NCBI GenBank assembly: GCA_963840455.1 | Contig: CAWIYV010000008.1 | Coordinates: 31,977 to 95,976 of the forward strand | Direction: 5' to 3' | DNA from: Nitrospirota bacterium | GTDB lineage: Bacteria; Nitrospirota; UBA9217 | Length of the DNA: 64,000 bases | Shown here: positions 41,231 through 49,715 of the stretch, piece by piece | How the letters are laid out: the number at the start of each line of letters is the position of its first letter | Position numbering within the stretch: the stretch's first letter is position 1 | Made by a program: the position numbers and the translations under genes | The notes under the pieces: model-generated | What the model saw: only the letters and a program-made list of their open reading frames with translations | What the model was told of the DNA's origin: nothing | Databases searched by the model: none

Positions 41231-42109
41231 ATGCCTGATGACAGCATGACCCGGCGAACAACGCGCATACTGCATATCATGGCCGGGTGCCTCTGCGCAG
41301 TACTGGTCCTGGGCCTCTGCACCGTTTCCTCTGCAGGCGAGCCGATCGGCGGCCGCCTTTTCCCGCAGTATTATGGGACCGGCATTCCACCGTTTCCCGT
41401 GCTGGCTGGCGACGCCATGCCGAACGATCATGTTCCGGCACCAGGCACGGACCCTGCGGCGGGAACGGAGAGATGGAGCAGCCGGCTCTGGAATTGGACC
41501 ACCGATACCTTCATCGACGGCGCGAGCATCACCCTCGGGGTCGGTATGCGGCGATCGACCTTCACCTTCACACGCAAGAGCGACAATGCGAGCGGCACGA
41601 TCGTGGACCGCGACTATCCTGCGTACTTCCTTATCTATTCAACGAAACCCTCCTTCTTCGAGAATTCCCGTTTCGGCTACACGTTCATGCTCAAGCTCTC
41701 GACCTTTTCCATGGACCAGCAGGTCGCATCCGGCTCCCTTATCCTGGGCACCCCGGTCGATGTCCATACGTCCCTTCAGGGCATCATCGGGTATGCGGTC
41801 CCTTCGCTGTACTACCAGTGGGGGGAGCATCGCTTCGAAGGCACCTTCTTCCAGATCGGCGTCGGTCTCGGCGTTGCCACCACGACCTATAGTGGAACGA
41901 TCGAACTGCGGACCCCGACGGCATCGGAGCAAGTCAGCGTGCGGGACCAGTCCTATTCTTTCAACCTTGCCTGGAACGTCTTTCTCGAGGCCCGGTGGCG
42001 CCACGGGGGGATCTATCTCAGTATCATGCGCGCCCGCCTTCCGGGTGATGCCTACGACACAAGGTTCGAGGACGCTTCGCTCTATCTCGGTTACCGGATC
42101 TTTTTCTGA
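41231..42109 (+). CDS. Hypothetical outer-membrane beta-barrel protein
   Basis: Signal peptide, amphipathic strands, C-terminal 'YLGYRIFF'; start approximate. Confidence 0.65.
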   Translation: MPDDSMTRRTTRILHIMAGCLCAVLVLGLCTVSSAGEPIGGRLFPQYYGTGIPPFPVLAGDAMPNDHVPAPGTDPAAGTERWSSRLWNWTTDTFIDGASITLGVGMRRSTFTFTRKSDNASGTIVDRDYPAYFLIYSTKPSFFENSRFGYTFMLKLSTFSMDQQVASGSLILGTPVDVHTSLQGIIGYAVPSLYYQWGEHRFEGTFFQIGVGLGVATTTYSGTIELRTPTASEQVSVRDQSYSFNLAWNVFLEARWRHGGIYLSIMRARLPGDAYDTRFEDASLYLGYRIFF

Positions 42110-42221
42110 ATCCAGGAGCGAGCGCATTCCCGCAGTTTGCTGCGGGGTTAGCGAGCGATTAGGATAAACAGACAACCCTGAGGATCGAAGATTCCCTGCC
42201 AGCGTGCTGCAGGGAACTTCA
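42109..42221 (+). repeat. Repeat family A, single unit
   Basis: Begins within the TGA stop of the upstream gene. Confidence 0.9.
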
Positions 42222-42570
42222 TCAGCAGTTCGTGAACAGCTGCCGGTTCGATGATATTCAGGCTGACATCCTTAAGACCCACTTGATTTATGATATACTA
42301 ATGATCATCGGGCCAATCCGGTCCGGTCTCTTACCTCAACGGGCAAAAGTCGTACCTTTGCAGATCCAGGAGGAACAAAAAGAGTACTCCCGGTGCGTGG
42401 TACACCTATGTACTTCCATCGGCATTTGAATTGTCGCAAAATTCTGTTGTTCTGACGCTCCTGCATGGGCCTGCAGGTCCGCAGGAGACCATCGTGGCTT
42501 CCGGAAGCTGTCCTGTTCCTTGCATAGACGATCCTGAGAGAGAAATCAACTATCCGTAATAAAGGAGGGA

Positions 42571-43371
42571 ATGAACATGAAAAGGTATCTTCGCATCAGT
42601 CTGGCAGTTCTCGCGGCTGGGGTCATCGCGAGCGGTTGTGTCAGTTCCGGCACGTTCAAAAAGATGGAAACAGCAAAGAATGACGAGATCACGGCACTGC
42701 AGCAGAACAAGGCCTCCCTGGAGAAGCAGAAGGGTGATTTGGAGAAGCAGAAGACCGCGATGGAGAAGGACAATGCAGCCTTGAAGCAGCAGATCGATTC
42801 TCTGGCGCAGCAGAACGCTTCCATGCAGAAGGAAGTCGGGTCCCTGGCACAGGAAAAGGCCGCTCTCGTCGCAGCAAACCAGCAGCGGCAGCAGCAGTAT
42901 GAGTCACTGGTGCAGGGCCTCTCGAAGGAAGTGGAGAAAGGCCAGTTACAGGTGAGGCAGTACAAGAACATGCTGGCTGTTGACCTGGCGGAGCAGATAT
43001 TCTTCGACTCCGGCAAAGCGACGCTGAAGAAGGGGGGCAAGGAGGTATTGAAGAAGGTCGGCGATGCATTGAAGGGCTATGAGAACAAGATCATCCGGGT
43101 CGTGGGCCATACGGACAATGTGCCGGTCGCAAAGTCACTGCAGGCCACGTTCCCGTCGAACTGGGAGCTGTCGGTCGCCCGGGCCACCAACGTCGTCCGT
43201 TATCTTCAGGAGGTCGGCGTTCCGCCAGAGCGCATGGTCCCGACCGGACGGGCTGAATACGATCCTATCGCTCCGAACGACACACCGGAGGGACGCCAGA
43301 AGAACCGCCGTATCGAGATCATGCTGCTCGACAAGGGCCTGGTGAGCGAAATGACCAGGACGGCCAACTAA
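42571..43371 (+). CDS. OmpA/MotB-family peptidoglycan-binding lipoprotein with coiled coil
   Basis: Lipobox ASGC, 'VGHTDNVP', 'NWELSVARA', 'NRRIEI'. Confidence 0.9.
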   Translation: MNMKRYLRISLAVLAAGVIASGCVSSGTFKKMETAKNDEITALQQNKASLEKQKGDLEKQKTAMEKDNAALKQQIDSLAQQNASMQKEVGSLAQEKAALVAANQQRQQQYESLVQGLSKEVEKGQLQVRQYKNMLAVDLAEQIFFDSGKATLKKGGKEVLKKVGDALKGYENKIIRVVGHTDNVPVAKSLQATFPSNWELSVARATNVVRYLQEVGVPPERMVPTGRAEYDPIAPNDTPEGRQKNRRIEIMLLDKGLVSEMTRTAN

Positions 43372-43530
43372 CGTAAAACCTGTTCTGTTCGGTCCCTGTT
43401 CATCATACGATCTGCCCCGTGCCGCTGCTGCCGGAAAACGGCGGCTCAGAGCGGATGCTGGCGGCATTCTAGGCACTCCCCCGGTTTCTGCCGGGGGAAT
43501 GCAGATCCCTGAGGGAGGCAAAGAATAGCG

Positions 43531-44427
43531 ATGAGAAATACCATCGTCAATACGATCGCTCTGGCCGGCATGTTGCTGCTTCTGGCCGGGGGATGCACCA
43601 CGCCCGGCCCTCGCTGGCCCGCCATAAGCGATACGCCAACGGATGTCCACATCCAGGGGCGGTGGGTGTGGGGGGAGTTGCTGGCGGACAATGTCGAGGC
43701 GGAGAAGACCTTCTACCGGGAGGTCTTCGGCTGGCAGTACGACACCCAAGGTTCAGGCAAGGATGCCTATACCCTCGTGCGTGTGAACGGGCGACCGATC
43801 GCAGGGATCATCCATTATGCGAAACCCGCCGATGCCGCACGCTCGGCCCGATGGCTTGCGCTCATGTCGGTGCCTGACGCGGCCCGCGCTGCGCAACAAG
43901 CTGCCGCTTCCGGCGGCAAGGTCTTGGTGCCGGCGAAAACGCTTCCGGGACGGGGTGAGATGGCCGTGCTGGCGGACCCCGAGGGAGCGCTTTTCGGCGT
44001 GATCCACACCGCGGGCGGCGATCCGCCCGACGCGTTCCCCTCCGACAATGCATGGCTCTGGCTGGAGCTCTGGGCCAAGGACGCCGCGAAGATGTCGGAG
44101 TTCTACCGTCCTTTGGGCGCATACACTGTAACCCGGCAGGAATCACCGGGAGACCGGCCGGAACTGCATCTGGTGGCGGCCGGATTTCCCCGAGCTGGAA
44201 TCCTCGAGATCGAACGCGCGGACGTCCCGTCCACATGGCTGCCCTATGTGCGGGTGAAGGACGTGAAACAGACCGTGGCCAACATCGAGCGCGCCGGCGG
44301 TCGCATTGTCATCGTGCCGAGCCCGGAGATCCGGGGCGGGAAGGTCGCGGTGTTCCTCGATCCTGCGGGCGCGGCGCTTGCCGTGGCTGAGTGGAAGGAT
44401 GAGACCGAAGGGGAGGGAAAACCATGA
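43531..44427 (+). CDS. VOC/glyoxalase-like double-domain lipoprotein
   Basis: Lipobox AGGC; 'FYREVFGW', 'ADPEGALFG', 'WLPYVRV', 'LDPAGA'. Confidence 0.85.
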   Translation: MRNTIVNTIALAGMLLLLAGGCTTPGPRWPAISDTPTDVHIQGRWVWGELLADNVEAEKTFYREVFGWQYDTQGSGKDAYTLVRVNGRPIAGIIHYAKPADAARSARWLALMSVPDAARAAQQAAASGGKVLVPAKTLPGRGEMAVLADPEGALFGVIHTAGGDPPDAFPSDNAWLWLELWAKDAAKMSEFYRPLGAYTVTRQESPGDRPELHLVAAGFPRAGILEIERADVPSTWLPYVRVKDVKQTVANIERAGGRIVIVPSPEIRGGKVAVFLDPAGAALAVAEWKDETEGEGKP

Positions 44428-44780
44428 TATACCTCGCCCGTAGAAAGGTGGTCACTGGCCTCCTGTTGATGACGATGGCTCTGCTTGCATCGGGCTGCGC
44501 CTCGGACGGCTCCTACTCCGGCACTGCCTCCGTAGACGTCTACGGCGGATATTACGGCGGCTATTATGGCGGCTATCCGGGGTATTACGGAGGCAATGTG
44601 GTCGTCGGTGCTCCTATGCCCCCCCCTGGAGGTGTGCATCCTCCAGGAGGTGTGCCGCCACCGAACGTCAGGCCGCCCGCACCGCCGCATGCATCGCAAA
44701 TGCCGTCGCGGCCCATGCCGGCCCCGGCCCCGAGGCCGATGCCGGCGGCACGCGGCGGAGGAGGGGGAGGGCGTCGTTGA
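44424..44780 (+). CDS. Small Gly/Tyr- and Pro-rich lipoprotein
   Basis: Lipobox ASGC, (GGYY)n then Pro-rich tail; ATGA overlap with upstream gene. Confidence 0.7.
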   Translation: MIYLARRKVVTGLLLMTMALLASGCASDGSYSGTASVDVYGGYYGGYYGGYPGYYGGNVVVGAPMPPPGGVHPPGGVPPPNVRPPAPPHASQMPSRPMPAPAPRPMPAARGGGGGGRR

Positions 44781-44900
44781 AGAGGCTGCAGCGCGGCCCC
44801 TACCGATGACAGGTGATACCCCCTTTTTTTCATTCAGCGCGATAGTTTCTATCCTTCATGAACGAGAACGCACTTCGGTGCAGAGAAAGGCAGCCAAGCC

Positions 44901-45524
44901 ATGCAACCACGAGTATTTCATCTCTTTGTCGGTCTCCTTATTGCCGGAATGGCAATGACCTCTCCTGCAACGGCAGCCGAGTTCGAGATCACGCCGTTCG
45001 CCGGGTACACCATGGGCGGGGAGTTCGCCAATGCGGCAACGGGCAATACACTCAGCTTCGATGACACGTCGAGCTATGGCATCATGCTGGACTTCAGGCA
45101 GGCCGAGGAGTCCTGGATCGAGCTGTATTTCAGCCGCCAGCAGACGAAGCTGAAGGCGGACCAGGGGCTGTTCTACGGCGATCCGCTGTTCGACGTGAAC
45201 GTCGAATACTATCATATCGGAGGGACCTACAGCCAGGCCACGGGCAAGGTGAAGCCTTTTGTGGTCGGGACCTTCGGCGCGACGCATATGGTCCCGAAGG
45301 GAGAAGGGCTGCATTCGGAGACGAAGTTCTCGCTCAGCCTGGGCGGCGGTGTGAAAATGTACCTGACGGATCATGTGGGGATCAGGCTTGACGCCCGGTG
45401 GTTCGGCACATTGTTCAATGGGAGCGGCTCTGCGTTCTGCTCATCGGGCGCCTGTCTGGTCACGGTGCAGGGCGACGTGCTCTCCCAGTATGTGGTAAAT
45501 GCCGGCGTCATTCTGGCATTTTAA
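44901..45524 (+). CDS. Small outer-membrane beta-barrel protein
   Basis: 'FEITPFAGY', 'SLSLGGGVK', C-terminal 'GVILAF'. Confidence 0.8.
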   Translation: MQPRVFHLFVGLLIAGMAMTSPATAAEFEITPFAGYTMGGEFANAATGNTLSFDDTSSYGIMLDFRQAEESWIELYFSRQQTKLKADQGLFYGDPLFDVNVEYYHIGGTYSQATGKVKPFVVGTFGATHMVPKGEGLHSETKFSLSLGGGVKMYLTDHVGIRLDARWFGTLFNGSGSAFCSSGACLVTVQGDVLSQYVVNAGVILAF

Positions 45525-45748
45525 TCCAGGAGCGAGCGCATTCCCCGTAGCTTGCTGCGGGGTTAGCGAGCGATTAGAATGACAATAATTCCTTGAGGAT
45601 CGAAGCTCTATGCCTCTTGCAGTAGGGAGCTTAAATCCAGGAGTGAGCGCAATCCCCATAGCTTTCTGCGGGGTTAGCGAGCGATTGGAATAAATAGTAC
45701 TACCTTGAGGGTCGAAGATTCCCTGTAGCTTGCTGCAGGGAGCTTCAA
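45523..45748 (+). repeat. Repeat family A, two tandem ~111 bp units
   Basis: Units at 45523 and 45634; begins within the TAA stop of the upstream gene. Confidence 0.9.
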
Positions 45749-45808
45749 TCCATGAGTTGAAGCAAATCGCCGGGAAGAAAATAATCCTACTTTTTAAGGA
45801 GGTTCACT

Positions 45809-46504
45809 ATGTGTGCTGTGAGGAGGTTCGTGGCTGTCGTAGTCGTTCTGGCTGCTCTTTGGGCGATCATGCCGGGTCCTGCTGATGCGCAGTCGTACAC
45901 CGCGGTCCGGCCCGGAGGACGGGCAGGGACCTGGGACTTCACCCTCCCGCTTATCTATGCAGATTCTGTTAGAATCGACGGTCAGAACGGGTCCAGCGTG
46001 GACATAAATGGTGGCTATGGTTTTGGCTTCGGTTTCGGCTACAACTTCACCGATAACTTTCAATTGAATGGTCTCTTCAGCTGGAATTCCCGGAGCTATG
46101 ACGCAACAACGGTCAATACCGACGGCACATCAACAAGAAAATACAGCAATTATATGGACACTTCCACCCTCTCGGTGAATGCGGTCTATTACTTCCTGAA
46201 AGGGGACATCACGCCCTTCGTGTCCGGTGGGGTCGGTATCACCTATGTGGACACGAATATCCCGACCGGCTCAGGATCGACTTCCTGCTGGTATGACCCC
46301 TGGTGGGGTTACGTCTGCAGCTCCTATCTTCCAACCAAGACCGAGAATGACATCAGCTACAGTGCCGGTATCGGCGTGCGGTTCGACCTGAACCGCCAGT
46401 TCGGCCTTCAGGGCAGTTTTAACAGGACCTGGATCGATATCAGCAAGGCGACGGGATCACCCGAATTTGACACATGGAAGCTGGATTTCGTCTTCCGGAT
46501 GTAG
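45809..46504 (+). CDS. Small outer-membrane beta-barrel protein
   Basis: 'GFGFGYNF', 'TPFVSGGVG', 'CWYDPWWGYVC', 'YSAGIGVRFD'. Confidence 0.8.
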   Translation: MCAVRRFVAVVVVLAALWAIMPGPADAQSYTAVRPGGRAGTWDFTLPLIYADSVRIDGQNGSSVDINGGYGFGFGFGYNFTDNFQLNGLFSWNSRSYDATTVNTDGTSTRKYSNYMDTSTLSVNAVYYFLKGDITPFVSGGVGITYVDTNIPTGSGSTSCWYDPWWGYVCSSYLPTKTENDISYSAGIGVRFDLNRQFGLQGSFNRTWIDISKATGSPEFDTWKLDFVFRM

Positions 46505-46571
46505 AGACTGAACGACCTGTGCCGCAGCATGCCTGCTGCGGCGGAGCGCTATTTAAAAGGAGGAGGGGGAA

Positions 46572-46982
46572 ATGCGGTTTGCAATGGTTGTTGTTGCGGC
46601 GATCGCGCTGCTAGTGCTGACAGGCAGCAGCGTCTCTGCCCAGCAGACGCTGCTCGACTCGGTGGCAAAGGGATGCGAAAAAGAACTGACGACCCACTGT
46701 AAAGAGGTGACGCCCGGGGAGGGCAGGGTGCTTGCCTGCCTCTACGCATTCGAGGACAAGCTGTCCCCCAAATGCGAGTATGCTCTGTATGACGCGGCTT
46801 CCCAGCTTGAGCGTGCGGTGGCCGCCTTGTCCTACGCGGTGAACGAGTGCCGGGACGACTTGCAGAAGTTCTGCTCAGATACCAAACCCGGCCAGGGGCG
46901 TTTGCTGGTCTGTCTTAGCAAGAACGAAAAGAGTGTGACCAAACGCTGCAAGGACGCTCTCAAGGAAACGGGTCTGAAGTAA
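46572..46982 (+). CDS. Secreted cysteine-rich repeat protein (Cys_rich_FGFR/GLG1-like)
   Basis: Two 'C..E/D...C....PG.GR.L.CL' repeats; paralog of 27297. Confidence 0.85.
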   Translation: MRFAMVVVAAIALLVLTGSSVSAQQTLLDSVAKGCEKELTTHCKEVTPGEGRVLACLYAFEDKLSPKCEYALYDAASQLERAVAALSYAVNECRDDLQKFCSDTKPGQGRLLVCLSKNEKSVTKRCKDALKETGLK

Positions 46983-47027
46983 TATATATATATTGAAGAC
47001 ATCGATCCGGATTAACTGATAAGGCTT

Positions 47028-47071
47028 GAGCCCTGCCGTTCTGTCGTATGAGCGGCAGGGCTCTTTTCTTT
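47028..47071 (+). terminator. Rho-independent terminator
   Basis: GAGCCCTGCCG / CGGCAGGGCTC stem plus TTTTCTTT. Confidence 0.8.
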
Positions 47072-47172
47072 GCGATGATCAGCAGGACGGTATTGTTATT
47101 CTGGATCTTCTGACTTTTATGTGGGTCGTTAAGTGTAAACGTGTTGATTTATGTTATTTAAAAAGTTTTTTC

Positions 47173-47340
47173 GTCACCTTTCTTGCGTGCCCAAGAAAGG
47201 TGACCGAAAGAAGGGCACCCGGCAAAAATTCTTTACGCCAGGCTCGGTCGTCCTCGGTACATTTCGGAAACTCGCCCTTTGGGCTCAGACAGTCCGAAAT
47301 GCTTCACCCTCGAACTCAGCCGCCTGGCTAAATTTTCGCA
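47173..47340 (-). repeat. Structured element related to family B, inverted
   Basis: Minus strand contains TGTCTGAGCCCAAAGGGCGAGTTT and hairpin GTCACCTTTCTTG...CAAGAAAGGTGAC. Confidence 0.55.
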
Positions 47341-47375
47341 TGGGAACCACGCAAGAAAATTTGATCCTAATCTTT

Positions 47376-47563
47376 ACCCAAACCCCCGCACGTCCCCGGA
47401 GCGGACCTATGAAATTTTGGGGCACCTGTCTTGGCCTAAGGTAGCGTCCCAAAGGGCGAACGCGCACTGTCTGAGGCCGCAGGCCGAGTTTGCGCGGTCG
47501 AGCGGATGTGGCCTTAGACAGGTCAAAAATTTCATTAAGGACGCGAAGGGGATGTGCAAAAAA
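47376..47563 (+). repeat. Repeat family B, copy 3
   Basis: Aligns with 21687 and 34308 copies. Confidence 0.9.
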
Positions 47564-47700
47564 TCATAATTCATACTCTTGAGGACGCAAGCAGAATAAA
47601 AGCGGCCCACATCAAACCCAGAAGACCCGTTATTGTTTTGACCGACGCAGGCGGCCCCTGATCAGGATCAGGGAGGATATGTACAGTTCACGAGCGCAGG

Positions 47701-48225
47701 TCAGAACGCTATGGCAAAGATGATCTCGGGATAGGTGTCGCTGCAGGAAAGATAGACCGATTGGTCGCAGGAGAGATATTTCTCATAGACCACACCGGCA
47801 CCGAAGTAGCTGCCCTGTCCGGACACCAGATACAGGCCGGCGCGGCCTCCGGTGGAGTTGAGGTCATCGAAGTTATCGATCATGGTCCGTCGGTAGAAGG
47901 CGCCGACATAGGGCCTGAGCGCGCTGCCGGTGGGCACCACGTACCGCACAGACGGGCTGATCTTGGTGATGCCCGGATCGCTGCCCGACCAGAACTCTGC
48001 ATCCAGTCCAACTTCCAGCCCTTTTGCAAAGAAATACCCGACGCCGATGCCGACGATGAGATAGGACTCATTGAAGGCGTATCCGTTCCCGATGAGGACC
48101 GAGGCCCGCCCGCTGCCGCTGGAAAAGGGGTCCCTGTCTGCGGCAACGGCCGGCGGCACCGTGCAGAGCAGCACAAGGGTGAGGAGTGCAAGCATGGTGA
48201 TGGGGCGGATCGCGATCGGTAGCAT
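47701..48225 (-). CDS. Small outer-membrane beta-barrel protein
   Basis: Signal peptide, 'GVGYFF..GLEVG', 'PYVGAFY', C-terminal F; RBS GGAGG. Confidence 0.75.
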   Translation of the reverse strand: MLPIAIRPITMLALLTLVLLCTVPPAVAADRDPFSSGSGRASVLIGNGYAFNESYLIVGIGVGYFFAKGLEVGLDAEFWSGSDPGITKISPSVRYVVPTGSALRPYVGAFYRRTMIDNFDDLNSTGGRAGLYLVSGQGSYFGAGVVYEKYLSCDQSVYLSCSDTYPEIIFAIAF

Positions 48226-48537
48226 TGGACGGCACCTCCGGAAGAGAATGGCCTCCCCCCTGCGACAGGAAGCTTGTATGATGAAATTATAGGCGACCAG
48301 GTCAGTAAATGCAAGTGACCATGAATGCTTTCCTTCTGGCCTGGGAGGTTGGTCTCCTCAGGTACTGCTGCGGGGGCGCTCAAAAGACTGTTCAGCCCAA
48401 CATATCTTTGGTAATTTTGCTATAGTTACCTTAGAACTATTCCTTCAGGGAATCGCTGCATCCCGCCTGCCAAAAAATCAGATAGGAAACCGTACTGGAT
48501 ATGGGGAAATCGGTATTACATCCGAAGGGAGGCCGTT

Positions 48538-49371
48538 ATGAAAAAGCTAGATGAAGAACCCGGGTTGTGTTCGCGACGGAGCATCCTGACAGGGTCCGCT
48601 GTACTCCTGGCGGGAGGGCTTGTGGGGCGTGTCAGCAACGCCTTTGGTGCGGAAAAACCTGCAGTCGACAAGGCGCCGCCTCTGCCGTGGAAGTGGGTCA
48701 AGCTCGATCCGCTGGAGGCAGGCAGGAGGGCATATCGTGCCTACCTTGAACATGGCGGCTGAGGGAACGGAGCATGGCTGGGGGTCCTCAGCCTGTTGAA
48801 GGAAAAGGCCGGCCATCCCTGGACAACGCTGCCGGACCACATGTTCGCCCATGCCGCGGCAGGGTACGGCGGTCAGGGCACGCTGTGCGGCGCGCTCGGG
48901 GTCTGCAGCGCCCTCATCAACCTGGTGGAATACGACAAGGACAAGACCTATGCGGTCATGGTGGATGACCTGCTGGACTGGTATGCCAGGTCCTCGTTCC
49001 CCACGGACCGCTTCGATGACATCTCGAAGATGCCGAAGCAGATCCAGACCAAGGCAATGTCGCCGCTCTGCCATACATCGGTGTCAAAGTGGACCATGGC
49101 CGCGGGCGCGCAGGTCACCTCCAAGGAGAAAAAGGAGCGCTGCGCCAAGGTGACGGGCGAGGTCGTGTATACGACCGTCCACTATCTCAACCTCTACAAG
49201 GAAGGGAAATGGCAGCCCGTGAAATGGACGCCGAAGAAGGAGATCAGCCACTGCATCGATTGCCACGGGCCGGACGATATGTGGCATGAGAAGGGCGGCA
49301 TGAACCACCAGCAGGGTCATATGGACTGTTTGCTGTGCCACTCGGACCATACGAAAATATCCGCAAAGTAA
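48538..49371 (+). CDS. Tat-exported C-GCAxxG-C-C family (split-Soret cytochrome c-like) diheme protein, candidate selenoprotein (UGA at 48760-48762)
   Basis: 'SRRSIL' Tat signal; ORFs 48538 and 48796 are in frame and separated only by TGA in 'HGG*GNG'; 'GTLCGALG', 'PLCHTSV', 'ERCAKV'; CIDCH and CLLCH. Confidence 0.85.
48772..48796 (+). promoter_or_regulatory. Candidate bacterial SECIS element
   Basis: GCA-U(bulge)-GGCUGGG-[GGUC]-CUCAGCC-UGU; apical loop starts 21 nt after the UGA. Confidence 0.75.
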
Positions 49372-49456
49372 GTTCGTGCGGGAAAAGAAGCTCCTCGGAG
49401 CGATGGACATATTACCAGAGAAACGCGCGCTGTATGGGCTTGCTTGTCTTTGCTTG

Positions 49457-49694
49457 AATCCAGGAGCGAGCGCATTCCCCGAAGGGGTTAGCGAGCGATT
49501 AGGATAATAACCTGCCCTGAGGATCGAAGCTCCGCGCCTCTTGTAGTAGGGAGCTTAAATCCAGGAGCGAGCGCATTCCCCGTAGCTTGCTGCGGGGTCT
49601 TGCCCCCAGCGTTTGCGAGTGGAACCGCGAGTGCAGGGGATCAGCGAACGATCAGAATAAATATTCTTCCTCGATGATCGAAGATTCCCTGCAG
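49457..49694 (+). repeat. Repeat family A, two tandem units, the second with a ~40 bp insert
   Basis: Units at 49457 and 49558. Confidence 0.85.
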
Positions 49695-49715
49695 ACAGAA
49701 AGGAGCATCACGAAA

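Noticed and set aside
24927-47000. Co-oriented genes with palindromic repeats as an integron cassette array
   Set aside because: Repeats lack RYYYAAC/GTTRRRY attC ends, follow only some genes, and no integrase is present
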